62,841 nt of DNA from Nitrospirota bacterium (GTDB lineage Bacteria; Nitrospirota; Thermodesulfovibrionia; Thermodesulfovibrionales; UBA9159). Below the pieces are notes generated by a model that worked only from the letters and a program-made list of their open reading frames with translations, searched no databases and was not told where the DNA came from. Position 1 is the first letter of the stretch; every line of letters begins with the position of its first letter. The stretch covers positions 1 to 62,841 of the forward strand of contig JBBISG010000004.1 in the NCBI GenBank assembly GCA_037441365.1, in the 5' to 3' direction. Below, one piece after another: positions 1-9,064 of this stretch. Position numbers and translations under genes: made by a program.

Positions 1-219
1 CGGCATAAAACAAGGGACAGGTGCGCCCATTTTTGCTGTTTTCAGCCGCAAAGGAAGGCATAGTAAGCTCAATATCGGCTTCCCCAAAGTAATTTCTGAT
101 CGAATTGGCCATCGTCATGACAAAATATCCTTGTTTTCCGATCTCAACATCAAATATAATTGTTTACACAGTGCTTATCGCTGGATTTGGGTATAAGTAA
201 AGGGGAATAAGAAAAAGGC

Positions 220-480
220 ATGTTTAAACTCCTCAGGAGGCTCGTATGCCTCATTGTTATCGCAGTAATTACCTTCGTTATGCTTTCACTCTGGAGTGGC
301 GGAGAAGGATTCAGGTGGTTCGGGAAAAGGCTTAAACAGCAGAGCGACCGGGTTGGAGAAAAGGCGGACATGCTGAAAGTCAAGGGTGAGAGGGCTTTGA
401 AGGCCATAGAGGATATGAGAGACAGAATCAGGGGCAAAAAAGAGGAAAAGAGCGGGGATAGGGGTGGAGAATCTCATTGA
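220..480 (+). CDS. small membrane-anchored hypothetical protein
   Basis: 86 aa ORF with an N-terminal hydrophobic helix and charged coiled tail; overlaps the next gene start. Confidence 0.65.
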   Translation: MFKLLRRLVCLIVIAVITFVMLSLWSGGEGFRWFGKRLKQQSDRVGEKADMLKVKGERALKAIEDMRDRIRGKKEEKSGDRGGESH

Positions 481-1165
481 AGTTCAGGGGGTCGGGAAAT
501 CCTTTTTCACTCCCGCAGGTGAGCTGAAGATACTCAAGGGCATCGATTTAACCATAAAGGCAGGCGAGGTCGTGGGCATAGTTGGTGCCTCCGGTGTAGG
601 CAAAAGCACATTTCTGCACATCCTCGGTGCGCTGGACAGACCGACATCAGGGAAGGTCTTCTATGAAGGGAGGGATATCTTTTCAATGGACAACGGCTCT
701 ATCGCTGCATTCAGGAATAAAACAGTAGGGTTTATCTTTCAGTTTCACCACCTGCTCCCTGAGTTCACAGCGCTTGAAAATGTGATGATGCCTGGGCTGA
801 TAAGCCTCGGGTCGAGGATTAAGCAGTTGAAGGCTCCGGGTTATGCTGAAGTAGCAGAAAAGGCAAAAGGGCTCCTCGATGAACTCGGCTTGTCTGAGAG
901 AAAGGACCATAGACCTGGAGAGTTATCAGGAGGGGAGCAGCAGAGGATTGCCGTGGCAAGGGCATTGATACTTGACCCAAAGGTTGTCCTTGCTGATGAG
1001 CCAACAGGGAATCTTGATACACAAACAGGAGAGGAGCTTTTTAACTTATTGATAAGATTGAACAGGGAGAGGGGGATTACCTTTGTCATCGTAACGCACA
1101 ATGAATCGCTCTCCAAACGGTGTGATAGGGTTTTAAGGATGGTTGATGGAAGGCTTATATCGTAG
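464..1165 (+). CDS. lolD: ABC transporter ATP-binding protein, LolD/MacB-N family
   Basis: Walker A GASGVGKS, FQFHHLL, LSGGEQQR, ADEPTGNLD, VTHN. Confidence 0.85.
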   Translation: MENLIEVQGVGKSFFTPAGELKILKGIDLTIKAGEVVGIVGASGVGKSTFLHILGALDRPTSGKVFYEGRDIFSMDNGSIAAFRNKTVGFIFQFHHLLPEFTALENVMMPGLISLGSRIKQLKAPGYAEVAEKAKGLLDELGLSERKDHRPGELSGGEQQRIAVARALILDPKVVLADEPTGNLDTQTGEELFNLLIRLNRERGITFVIVTHNESLSKRCDRVLRMVDGRLIS

Positions 1166-1816
1166 CTAACGCCCCCTTTTGGGGTGCCCCTTAGCCCCTA
1201 GCCCTTCGTCATCTATCTCTTTGATCAGGGCGTCCGCAAGGCCCTGGTCAATATTTTTAAGTTCATTGTATTCCTGTAATGCCTCTCTTTTATTCCCCTT
1301 CTTCAGATAAGCCATGCCGAGATTATACCGTGCAATGGCATACCGCGGTCTCAGCTTCATAGCCTTTTTAAGAGAAGCTATTTCATCATCTACAAGACCG
1401 AGCTTACCATAGGCAATAGCAAGATTGTTATAGGCAACCGCATAATCAGGCATGTACCTTATTGCCTTTTTGAATGCATCAATGGCCTCTTTGTGCTGTC
1501 CAAGCTGGTTATAAGCAGTCCCCATCTTAAGGTATGCATAGCCCTTATCCGGCCTCAGTTCCACCACCCTTTTAAGGGCCTCAATTTCATCTTTATACTG
1601 TGCATTGCGCTCATGCAGATCTGCAAGGTGATACCATAGATCAGGGTCCTTTGGGTTTTCCTGGATCTTCTTTTTAATCTCGCCATAAACCGACTCTGTC
1701 GTGTATGGGTTGGATACCTGGCCCGAGGGCACCTGCTCTTTCCTCTTGCATGATAGAAAAAGCAGTGTCAACATCATCAGGATGCAGATGCACAATGCTG
1801 ATCTCTTTGTTTTCAC
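1166..1816 (-). CDS. TPR-repeat lipoprotein
   Basis: Probable GTG start at 1816 (GTGA overlap with upstream stop); lipobox-like FLSC; several TPR motifs (AYLKMGTAY, AYNNLAIAY, ARYNLGMAY). Confidence 0.8.
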   Translation of the reverse strand: MKTKRSALCICILMMLTLLFLSCKRKEQVPSGQVSNPYTTESVYGEIKKKIQENPKDPDLWYHLADLHERNAQYKDEIEALKRVVELRPDKGYAYLKMGTAYNQLGQHKEAIDAFKKAIRYMPDYAVAYNNLAIAYGKLGLVDDEIASLKKAMKLRPRYAIARYNLGMAYLKKGNKREALQEYNELKNIDQGLADALIKEIDDEGLGAKGHPKRGR

Positions 1817-2214
1817 TTCCTGTCTGCCCTCCTTATAAGGGATAAGATAAAGCCTGCGGTCGAGACAGCAAGCACTGTCAGACCTTCGAGCCTCAGCGCG
1901 GGTATTGTCCCATAGTTGCACGGCATGCGGCTGCTCTGACAGTATCCGAGCACCACGGGTATGAGCATTATAGTGAGACCTCCTGTAAAGACGACAAGCA
2001 TCAGCCACCTGAGCGACTCATTCGTCTTTGAAAAAAAGGTCCCAACCGAGGCAGCTATAATTATCGCTCCGATGAACATCTCTGAAAGCCCTGTGTAGGA
2101 ACATGCCATCCTGGGGTGGCCCTGATACTCGCATACAGGCAATATAAAACGTGGGGTTAATACGATCATCGACCCTGCAAAAAAAAGGAGTATACCGGTA
2201 ATCCTGTATCTCAT
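1813..2214 (-). CDS. DUF4418-family membrane protein
   Basis: Four hydrophobic segments with PVC...MAC and C...MPC motifs typical of DUF4418; next to an FtsX-type permease. Confidence 0.7.
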   Translation of the reverse strand: MRYRITGILLFFAGSMIVLTPRFILPVCEYQGHPRMACSYTGLSEMFIGAIIIAASVGTFFSKTNESLRWLMLVVFTGGLTIMLIPVVLGYCQSSRMPCNYGTIPALRLEGLTVLAVSTAGFILSLIRRADRK

Positions 2215-2633
2215 TTCAAGAGCCTGAAGGCTTCCATAAACGGAGAAGGACTGCCGAATTTCTCCGCATTGGACTTATCTCTGAATGCGGCTATCCCCCA
2301 TGACATCGGGGTCTTGATCCCCTTAATTGAGATATAAAACGCCTTTTTCCCATCAATCCATTGTCCTGTTGTATAATCCCTCACACCTGCTGACCTTATC
2401 CTGTTTATATCGTTCTTATAGTGATTCAACATATCACCTATATCGCAGAAGAAGAGTTTTCCCCCTTTATCATCCAGGACCCATGCCGAAAACTTAGATG
2501 AGGGGTCAACGCCCATCCCGCACTCAGAACACTTTACATCTGGCGGAATCACATTATCCCCTGTATAGGCATGACATGGTAAAAACAGCAGCACAAATAA
2601 TCCAAGGGATAATACCCTTCCCATCTTATTCAC
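2211..2633 (-). CDS. NosL-family (copper-chaperone-like) exported protein
   Basis: Signal peptide, CxxCGM, FCDIGDM, TPMSWG-IAAF motifs. Confidence 0.8.
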   Translation of the reverse strand: MNKMGRVLSLGLFVLLFLPCHAYTGDNVIPPDVKCSECGMGVDPSSKFSAWVLDDKGGKLFFCDIGDMLNHYKNDINRIRSAGVRDYTTGQWIDGKKAFYISIKGIKTPMSWGIAAFRDKSNAEKFGSPSPFMEAFRLLK

Positions 2634-3837
2634 CTGTCCTTATGGCATTATAGGGTTCCATATTGCTTGCATTAACGGCAGGGAGTATGGATGAAAGGAG
2701 GCCTGTAAAAAGAGAAAATATTATTGCCCCAAGGATGAGCTCTAAAAGCACTGTTATTGGCGGCAGCAGATATGGGAGCCTGAGGCTGTGGAGAATGAGT
2801 TTCTTAAATGAGATGATCAATACAGCACCGCCTGTTAATCCTGCTATACCACCAATTGCCGATATTACTACGGCCTCTGCCACGATAAGTCTGAAGATAT
2901 GTCTTTTCTTTGCACCCATAGCCCTCAGCACGCCGATCTCCCTCTGTCTTTCATTGACTATCATATAAAAGGCGAAACCTATCATGAGGAGTGCCATTAT
3001 CCACAGAACGCCACTGATTGCAAAGACCCCCTTTAAGGTGCCGATCATCTGCCTCCTTACTGTGCTGATCACCTCATCAGAGGCGATCGCCTTAATGCCT
3101 GGTATGGCATATTGCAGCTTAATGGCTACCCTCTCAGGGGTGTATTCCCCTTTGATCTGAACAAGCACTGCTGAGATCCTGTCAGATGGTATATCGATGG
3201 GCTGCATAGATTTTGTCTTTGAATTCGCAGCCATCCTGTATGCGTCCTCTATATTCATAAATACAGAATTGTCAAAGAATTTCATACCTGTCGGTTCCAT
3301 CGTGCCAACCACCTTAAAGATGCTTCCAAAAAAGGGGATTGAGTCGCCAGCAATGACCGGGATGTCCGCACCTGTAATAATCTCATTGGTGCCGAGCGGC
3401 TTTCTCAGGTGTTTCTCAAGCCATGGTTTCACCGTAAAGTCTGTTGCAGGGTCAAAGGCAACGAGGAAGACATCGACACTGTAGCAGCACGTAAATGATG
3501 CAGGTTTTATGAATATCTGGGGAGAGGCCGCCCTAACACCCTCGACCATCCTTGCCTTTTCGAGCACATCCCTGCTCATATAAAAACTCGTCGGCTCCCC
3601 AGCAAGCAGGGCTGAACGGGCCTGTGCCTCGTATTTGTCGGGGACTATAAGGACATCAGCACCGAGCCTGTAAGTCCCGATCCTAAGGGCATTCTGCATG
3701 CTGCTGATAAAAATGGTAGCAGAAAAAAGGGTGCCTGTTACCACAGCCACAACGAGCATGAGCACAACCGTCCTGATGGGCCTTCGTCGCAGGTTTTTGA
3801 CCGCAAAGGCTGGGATGTTTATTGTCGTTTTCTCCAT
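2626..3837 (-). CDS. ABC transporter permease, FtsX/MacB family
   Basis: NLRRRPIRT N-terminus, periplasmic domain with TCC, ERQREIGVLRAMGA, C-terminal TM helices. Confidence 0.85.
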   Translation of the reverse strand: MEKTTINIPAFAVKNLRRRPIRTVVLMLVVAVVTGTLFSATIFISSMQNALRIGTYRLGADVLIVPDKYEAQARSALLAGEPTSFYMSRDVLEKARMVEGVRAASPQIFIKPASFTCCYSVDVFLVAFDPATDFTVKPWLEKHLRKPLGTNEIITGADIPVIAGDSIPFFGSIFKVVGTMEPTGMKFFDNSVFMNIEDAYRMAANSKTKSMQPIDIPSDRISAVLVQIKGEYTPERVAIKLQYAIPGIKAIASDEVISTVRRQMIGTLKGVFAISGVLWIMALLMIGFAFYMIVNERQREIGVLRAMGAKKRHIFRLIVAEAVVISAIGGIAGLTGGAVLIISFKKLILHSLRLPYLLPPITVLLELILGAIIFSLFTGLLSSILPAVNASNMEPYNAIRTGE

Positions 3838-3861
3838 AGAGATTAAATAAAGAATCTGTGT

Positions 3862-3894
3862 AAAATATGGGGAAGGCTATTCGCCTTCCCCATA
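3862..3894 (-). terminator. intra-operon hairpin/terminator
   Basis: 12-bp stem TATGGGGAAGGC/GCCTTCCCCATA followed by TTTT on the minus strand. Confidence 0.6.
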
Positions 3895-3917
3895 AAAACA
3901 TATCCGATAATCTCTGC

Positions 3918-4967
3918 TTATTTCTTCCAGTTAACAACCACACCACACAGCAGTGGTGAACCCTTATCCATCTTTACCTCAATGCCGTATTTGCTATGGC
4001 AGGAATAGCATGCTGAAACCTTCTGCACTATTTTCTTGGTCTTAAGATCCATCACTGCAAGAACACTATCGTTTTCGTATGTCCTCGCTGAAAGCAGGGC
4101 ATAATTCCCATCAGGGGTGAACTCAAAGTCGTGAGGCCTCACATCATCAGGAAGCACAATGTGGTCAACGACTTTATCGGTCTTTGTATCGATAACCACA
4201 ATCTGTGAGTCGTGTGTGCCGGGTTTCAGCCCGGGGTCAAATTCATTAGGCGCCGAAACCCAGAGATGCCTCATATCAGGAGCCATCTTGATCTGATGGA
4301 GGAATGTCATTTCAGGGTCCTTTATCTCCTTGATGGTCTTTTTGGTCTTCCAGTCGATGACATAGACTATGCCCTGCGGCATGTCTGAAACATATGCCTT
4401 TTCGAGATTCTTTGTCCATGCAATTCCGCACACGGCCTTACCAACAGGCATCTTATCAACAAGCTTCATGCCTTTAGGGTCGAATATATAGACATTCCCA
4501 TCGGCCATGTCCTGAAAATATATATTCCCATCAGGCCCAACGACTGCATCGCAGAATTTTTTACCTACAGGGATCGGTTTTGACTTTTGCCCTGTCTTGA
4601 GGTCATAGGACACTACATTCCCATTCAGTAGTCCAACGATAAGTTTCCTGTTGCCTTCAACAAGGGCGCTACCGTGGGTTCCACCTGCCTTTTTGACATC
4701 CTCAAATTTCATCCCTGCGATAACACCTTCCATCTCAGAGCCGGCCTCGCTAATGACAATCCTGTCCTTCTCTATGTCCGTTGGTGGCTTCATTGTAGAA
4801 AGGTCGATGATGGCGAGATGACCACCGTGGCCTGCAATGTAGGCGGTTCCGTTAAACGTCAGACTCTTGGCAGCATCAGCAGTATTCTGACCGGATGTTG
4901 AGACCATAATCAAATACCCGAAGGCTGCAATCGCAAGACATAATCCGATAACGATCTTCTTTTTCAT
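3918..4967 (-). CDS. exported YncE/YVTN-like beta-propeller protein with C-terminal CxxCH
   Basis: Signal peptide, repeated VYVID/IVVID blades, PHD/FTPDG motifs, CYSCH near the C-terminus. Confidence 0.75.
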   Translation of the reverse strand: MKKKIVIGLCLAIAAFGYLIMVSTSGQNTADAAKSLTFNGTAYIAGHGGHLAIIDLSTMKPPTDIEKDRIVISEAGSEMEGVIAGMKFEDVKKAGGTHGSALVEGNRKLIVGLLNGNVVSYDLKTGQKSKPIPVGKKFCDAVVGPDGNIYFQDMADGNVYIFDPKGMKLVDKMPVGKAVCGIAWTKNLEKAYVSDMPQGIVYVIDWKTKKTIKEIKDPEMTFLHQIKMAPDMRHLWVSAPNEFDPGLKPGTHDSQIVVIDTKTDKVVDHIVLPDDVRPHDFEFTPDGNYALLSARTYENDSVLAVMDLKTKKIVQKVSACYSCHSKYGIEVKMDKGSPLLCGVVVNWKK

Positions 4968-5129
4968 ATTCGTATCCCCCCGTTCGTTTTGTTTCTAAAA
5001 TTACATCTTTAGGTGTTCTACACCCTCTCTGAAAAACCTTCTCTAAATCACCACCTCCCTTTTCATAAGCAGATGCCTCGAGTTGCTATAAAAAATTTTG
5101 CTCAGCTCCTCGATTCATCTTACAAATAA

Positions 5130-5158
5130 AAGATACCTCAAAACATCAAGCCTGTCAA
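5130..5158 (-). promoter_or_regulatory. sigma70 promoter for the propeller operon
   Basis: TTGACA-17 bp-TATCTT on the minus strand. Confidence 0.55.
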
Positions 5159-5183
5159 GTTGAACTTATAACTTTAGAAGATC

Positions 5184-5354
5184 TTACTGACGACTTTCTA
5201 TTTCCTTGATACATGCGGTCTGTTCGACAGGAATAACGATCCATCCCGAATCTGTCTCGATATGGATCTCTGTCTCGCTAACCTCTACCAGTTTCCCTGT
5301 ATAGGTTATATCGTTTGCGATGACCTCAACGTATCTTCCAATAAGTGAGACCAT
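5184..5354 (-). CDS. small hypothetical protein (56 aa, Sm/LSm-like pattern)
   Basis: Manual translation MVSLIGRYVEVIANDITYTGKLVEVSETEIHIETDSGWIVIPVEQTACIKEIESRQ; GGGAGG RBS; below the ORF-track cutoff. Confidence 0.7.
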   Translation of the reverse strand: MVSLIGRYVEVIANDITYTGKLVEVSETEIHIETDSGWIVIPVEQTACIKEIESRQ

Positions 5355-5377
5355 ATCACCCTCCCCTTTGGGCTTCG

Positions 5378-5411
5378 GAGGGCAGAGGACAGATGTCTGT
5401 CCTCTGCCCTC
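5378..5411. repeat. 16-bp perfect inverted repeat at the der 3' end
   Basis: GAGGGCAGAGGACAGA-TG-TCTGTCCTCTGCCCTC. Confidence 0.8.
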
Positions 5412-6729
5412 ATCGCGATGCCTTATGCCTCGTATGAATTCTTATTGGCGTTCCGCTGAATGAAAACCGCTCCCTAAGGGCCCTCTCCATGTATCTCATA
5501 TAGGCATCCTTCAGACCATCAGGGTGGTTTGCGAACACCACAAACTCCGGGGGCCCTATCCCAGACTGGGTTATGTAGTAGAGTTTTATGTTTTTCCCCT
5601 TATACAAAGGCGGTGGGGCTTTGGACACGATCTCCTTCAAGAAGTCGTTAAGCTCAGCGGTATTTATCCTTTTTCTCCTTTCAGAGACCACGCCATCGAT
5701 CAGGGGAAAAACCTTTGTGACCCTCTTCCTCTCAAGGGCCGAGATTGTTAAAACAGGGGCGTGACTGAAAAACCAGAGCTTATCACGGAATTCTGCCATG
5801 AGTCTCTTATAGGCACTGTCGGGCTCATTCACCATGTCCCATTTATTAAATAGAAAGACTGCGCCCTTCCCGTATCTTTCGACGATGCCTGCTATCCTTT
5901 TGTCCTGCTCAACAATGCCCTCCGATGCGTCAAGGACTATAAGGGCAACATCAGAGCGCTCTATGCCCCTCACTGCCCTCACCATTGCATAGCGCTCGAC
6001 GGAATAACCGATCCTGCCTTTTCTCCTTATGCCTGCCGTATCTATGAGTAAGTATTTTCTGCCATAATATGTGCAGACAGAATCTATGGAATCCCTCGTC
6101 GTTCCTGCAATGGGGCTCACGATCATTCTCTTTTTGCCGATGAGGGTATTGACCAGTGTTGACTTGCCGACATTAGGTCTTCCCACAACAGCCACCTTTG
6201 GGTAATCAATCGCACCTTCTATCTCTTTTACCTCAGGCAGGAGCGATACAACCCTGTCCATAAACAGATCAAATTCATAACCGGTTGCAGCAGAGACGGG
6301 AAGTAACTCGTCAACACCGAGCCTGTAGAAATCGAAGAGTCTGTCCTCTTTTGAGGGGGCATCTATCTTGTTCACCACCCATAAGACCCTTTTCCCTGAT
6401 GCCCTGAGCATCTTTGAAAGTTCTATGTCATCTAAATTTAACCCCTCCTTCCCATCGAGGATGTGTATTATCACATCGGCCTCATCAATGGCAAACAATG
6501 CCTGCTCTTTCACCTGCTGGAATATCTCTTCAGCAGGCTCGGGATAAAAGCCACCCGTATCGACAACAATGAACGACTTCCCCTCCCATTCAGCATCCAT
6601 ATAATTCCTGTCCCTTGTCACACCAGGAAGGGCTTCAACGATAGCCGCCTGAGAACCGACCATCCTGTTAAAGAGGGTCGATTTCCCGACATTCGGTCTT
6701 CCTACTATCACAACTAATGGTTTTGGCAT
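5410..6729 (-). CDS. der: ribosome biogenesis GTPase Der
   Basis: Two GRPNVGKST G-domains, DTGG/DTAG, C-terminal KH-like domain. Confidence 0.97.
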   Translation of the reverse strand: MPKPLVVIVGRPNVGKSTLFNRMVGSQAAIVEALPGVTRDRNYMDAEWEGKSFIVVDTGGFYPEPAEEIFQQVKEQALFAIDEADVIIHILDGKEGLNLDDIELSKMLRASGKRVLWVVNKIDAPSKEDRLFDFYRLGVDELLPVSAATGYEFDLFMDRVVSLLPEVKEIEGAIDYPKVAVVGRPNVGKSTLVNTLIGKKRMIVSPIAGTTRDSIDSVCTYYGRKYLLIDTAGIRRKGRIGYSVERYAMVRAVRGIERSDVALIVLDASEGIVEQDKRIAGIVERYGKGAVFLFNKWDMVNEPDSAYKRLMAEFRDKLWFFSHAPVLTISALERKRVTKVFPLIDGVVSERRKRINTAELNDFLKEIVSKAPPPLYKGKNIKLYYITQSGIGPPEFVVFANHPDGLKDAYMRYMERALRERFSFSGTPIRIHTRHKASR

Positions 6730-6815
6730 ATATCACTGCAGCGGAAGTGCCTTGAACAGGTTCAGCATTGTCCGCGAATCGTGGATAGACCATTTGAGGG
6801 GTAAAGCGTCACTGT

Positions 6816-7289
6816 TCAGTGGCCATTTACTTCGAAGATAAAATCGATCTCGATTGGAGAATTCAGGGGAAGAACGGACACTCCAACAGCAACTCTCGCA
6901 TGTCTGCCATTTTCACCGAATATCTCGCAGAGAAGGTCTGATGCGGCATTTAAGACCTTTGGCTGCCCTGTGAATTCAGGCGCCGATGCCACATAGCCGT
7001 TTAACCTGACACATCTTACAACCCTATCGAGGCCTCCGAGATATGCCTTTAAGATGCTCAGGGCATTTATCACTACCTGCCGTGCCTCCTCTTCAGCCTC
7101 ATTTATCGATACAGATTCACCAACTCTGCCTGTTTTTAGAAGTTTACCCTCCCTCAAGGGCAGTATCCCGCTGAGAAAAAGGAGGTTCCCTGTCCGGATA
7201 CATGGCGTATAAGAGCCCAGAGGTGCTGGAGCGTCGGGGAGTTTAATCCCAGACTCTCTTAGTTTGTCTTCAGGTAATGCCTTTCCCAT
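6816..7289 (-). CDS. RidA/YjgF family protein
   Basis: LFLSG, NAASDL, GRHARVAVGV, LPLNSPIEID. Confidence 0.9.
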   Translation of the reverse strand: MGKALPEDKLRESGIKLPDAPAPLGSYTPCIRTGNLLFLSGILPLREGKLLKTGRVGESVSINEAEEEARQVVINALSILKAYLGGLDRVVRCVRLNGYVASAPEFTGQPKVLNAASDLLCEIFGENGRHARVAVGVSVLPLNSPIEIDFIFEVNGH

Positions 7290-7488
7290 GCGGGCATCCT
7301 CCTTGCCAAGCCCTTTCTCAAGGCCTCATAGACCTCTAATAGTTTACAGGCATCTTATACCTCGGACTTAAGCATCACGCCCTTTTTGCTAAATTCTATC
7401 ATAGATCCTCTGTTTTTGCAAAAATGGACGGATTGTGACCTTGACAAACAGTAGTTTAATATGTTATAAACTATTTAATTTAAAAACG

Positions 7489-8010
7489 ATGCGATACGCC
7501 CTATTCTTTTTAATCGTCCTTGCCCTTCCTCTTTTGAGGATCAGCCAACCAGTTGCAAGGGGAATTGATACCGCCCCTGATGTCGGCAAGTACGCCCCTG
7601 AATTTAATCTCAATAATATAAATGGGAAAAAGGTTGCACTTTCAGATCTCAGGGGGAAGGTAGTCCTCCTCAATTTCTGGGCTACCTGGTGTAGACCGTG
7701 CAGGGCAGAGATGCCTTCTCTGGGTAATCTCCATACAGCATTAAAAGACAGGGGGTTTACTGTCATAGCAATATCGGTCGATGCATCCGACAGGCCGGTC
7801 AAATCCTTTGTTTTAGAGAAAGGGATATCCTTCCCTGTGCTCATGGACAAAGACAAAGAGGTTGCCTTTGATCAGTACGGTGTTTTTGGCCTTCCCACAA
7901 GTTTTCTCATAGATAGGAAGGGGGTGGTTGTGGAGAAGTTCATGGGTGAGAGGGATTGGACGTCCTCTGATATAAAAAATAAGATTCGGAAGGCCATGGA
8001 GGGGAGGTAA
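7489..8010 (+). CDS. TlpA/ResA-family thiol-disulfide reductase
   Basis: LNFWATWCRPC; ATG at 7489 chosen because it lies downstream of a TTGACA promoter at 7441. Confidence 0.9.
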   Translation: MRYALFFLIVLALPLLRISQPVARGIDTAPDVGKYAPEFNLNNINGKKVALSDLRGKVVLLNFWATWCRPCRAEMPSLGNLHTALKDRGFTVIAISVDASDRPVKSFVLEKGISFPVLMDKDKEVAFDQYGVFGLPTSFLIDRKGVVVEKFMGERDWTSSDIKNKIRKAMEGR

Positions 8011-8140
8011 AAATGGTAACTATAGTCTGGAGGCCAATCTTCATGGTGTCCAGGCCTTAAAGAGGAGGTATGGGAGGCATGAAAAACTATATCCCATGGT
8101 TTGTGTTTATAAGCTTATTTTTTTCAAATAGGAGGGACGA

Positions 8141-8485
8141 GTGATGAAGGGTTTTGGAGGATTAATAGCCGCTGTGGCCGTTCTAACAATTGGTGCCTGC
8201 ACTTCCACCTTTCTTGTCAGCAAGGGTGGTAAGGGTTATTTCTGGGGCAGCGACTCAAATGCGATCTACAGGATGCTGTGCGACTCTGGAGACCTTAAAA
8301 AGATACTTTCGGATACAAGGTTTTCAGAGACGATGAAGAATGATCTTTACAGATACAACTGTTCTCCTGATCGGTCTGGCGACAGGGTAAAGCAAATATA
8401 CGCATCAATGACCCCTGAGCAGAGGAAGGAACTAAGGAATGCCTTCAAAAATAACGGCTATGATATAAACTATCTGCCCTGTTGA
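8141..8485 (+). CDS. hypothetical lipoprotein
   Basis: Signal with IGAC lipobox; GGAGG RBS. Confidence 0.7.
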   Translation: MMKGFGGLIAAVAVLTIGACTSTFLVSKGGKGYFWGSDSNAIYRMLCDSGDLKKILSDTRFSETMKNDLYRYNCSPDRSGDRVKQIYASMTPEQRKELRNAFKNNGYDINYLPC

Positions 8486-8674
8486 GACGTAATAAATGCG
8501 ACATCCGGTCGGATGTAAAGCAGCAACGAGTTGCGAGACAGCAGCAAGCAGTCAAGGTCAAGCAGCAAGGGTCAAGGAATTTGCTCCCTGCTACCTGCTG
8601 CTTGTCACTACATCTTCCACCCTTGTATCTCTCAAATAATCGGTTTATAATATCTAAAAGCTAAAATTAAGACC

Positions 8675-9064
8675 ATGCTTATCGGCTACAATACGAATGT
8701 GACTTACAAAGGGAAGATTTATCATATCCAGACAGAGGATAGCGGACTGAGTAATCCCGTAATAGTGACTCACCTATACCATCAGGGCGCAATCCTCAGC
8801 TCAAAGAAGACGAGTTATGATAACATTATCGGGCATCCTGATTTTAAGGAACAGCTCAGAGCAATGATGCAGCAGCAGCACAGGGAGATGATAAGGGAAT
8901 TGCTGGGCGGCAGATTAACAGCAGAAGGACAAACCTCAATCAGCAGAGGAGAACCCCTGATGCCGACAGATGATCAGCCAGCGGTGGACAGCGGCAGGGT
9001 TAAGGAGAGGAGCCTCGACGAGATACTTCTTGAACATATCGCCAGAAAGGCGAAAGCCAGATGA
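8675..9064 (+). CDS. conserved hypothetical protein
   Basis: GYNTNVTYKGKIYHIQTEDSG N-terminus; ATGA-coupled to transketolase. Confidence 0.75.
   Translation: MLIGYNTNVTYKGKIYHIQTEDSGLSNPVIVTHLYHQGAILSSKKTSYDNIIGHPDFKEQLRAMMQQQHREMIRELLGGRLTAEGQTSISRGEPLMPTDDQPAVDSGRVKERSLDEILLEHIARKAKAR

Noticed and set aside
1..150. Possible gene start on the minus strand at the window edge
   Set aside because: Too short and no recognisable motif.
1817..2008. N-terminal extension of the TPR ORF
   Set aside because: Overlaps the DUF4418 gene; GTG 1816 gives a normal lipoprotein signal and GTGA coupling.
8482..8664. 60-aa ORF after the lipoprotein gene
   Set aside because: Translation of intergenic microrepeats and a promoter.
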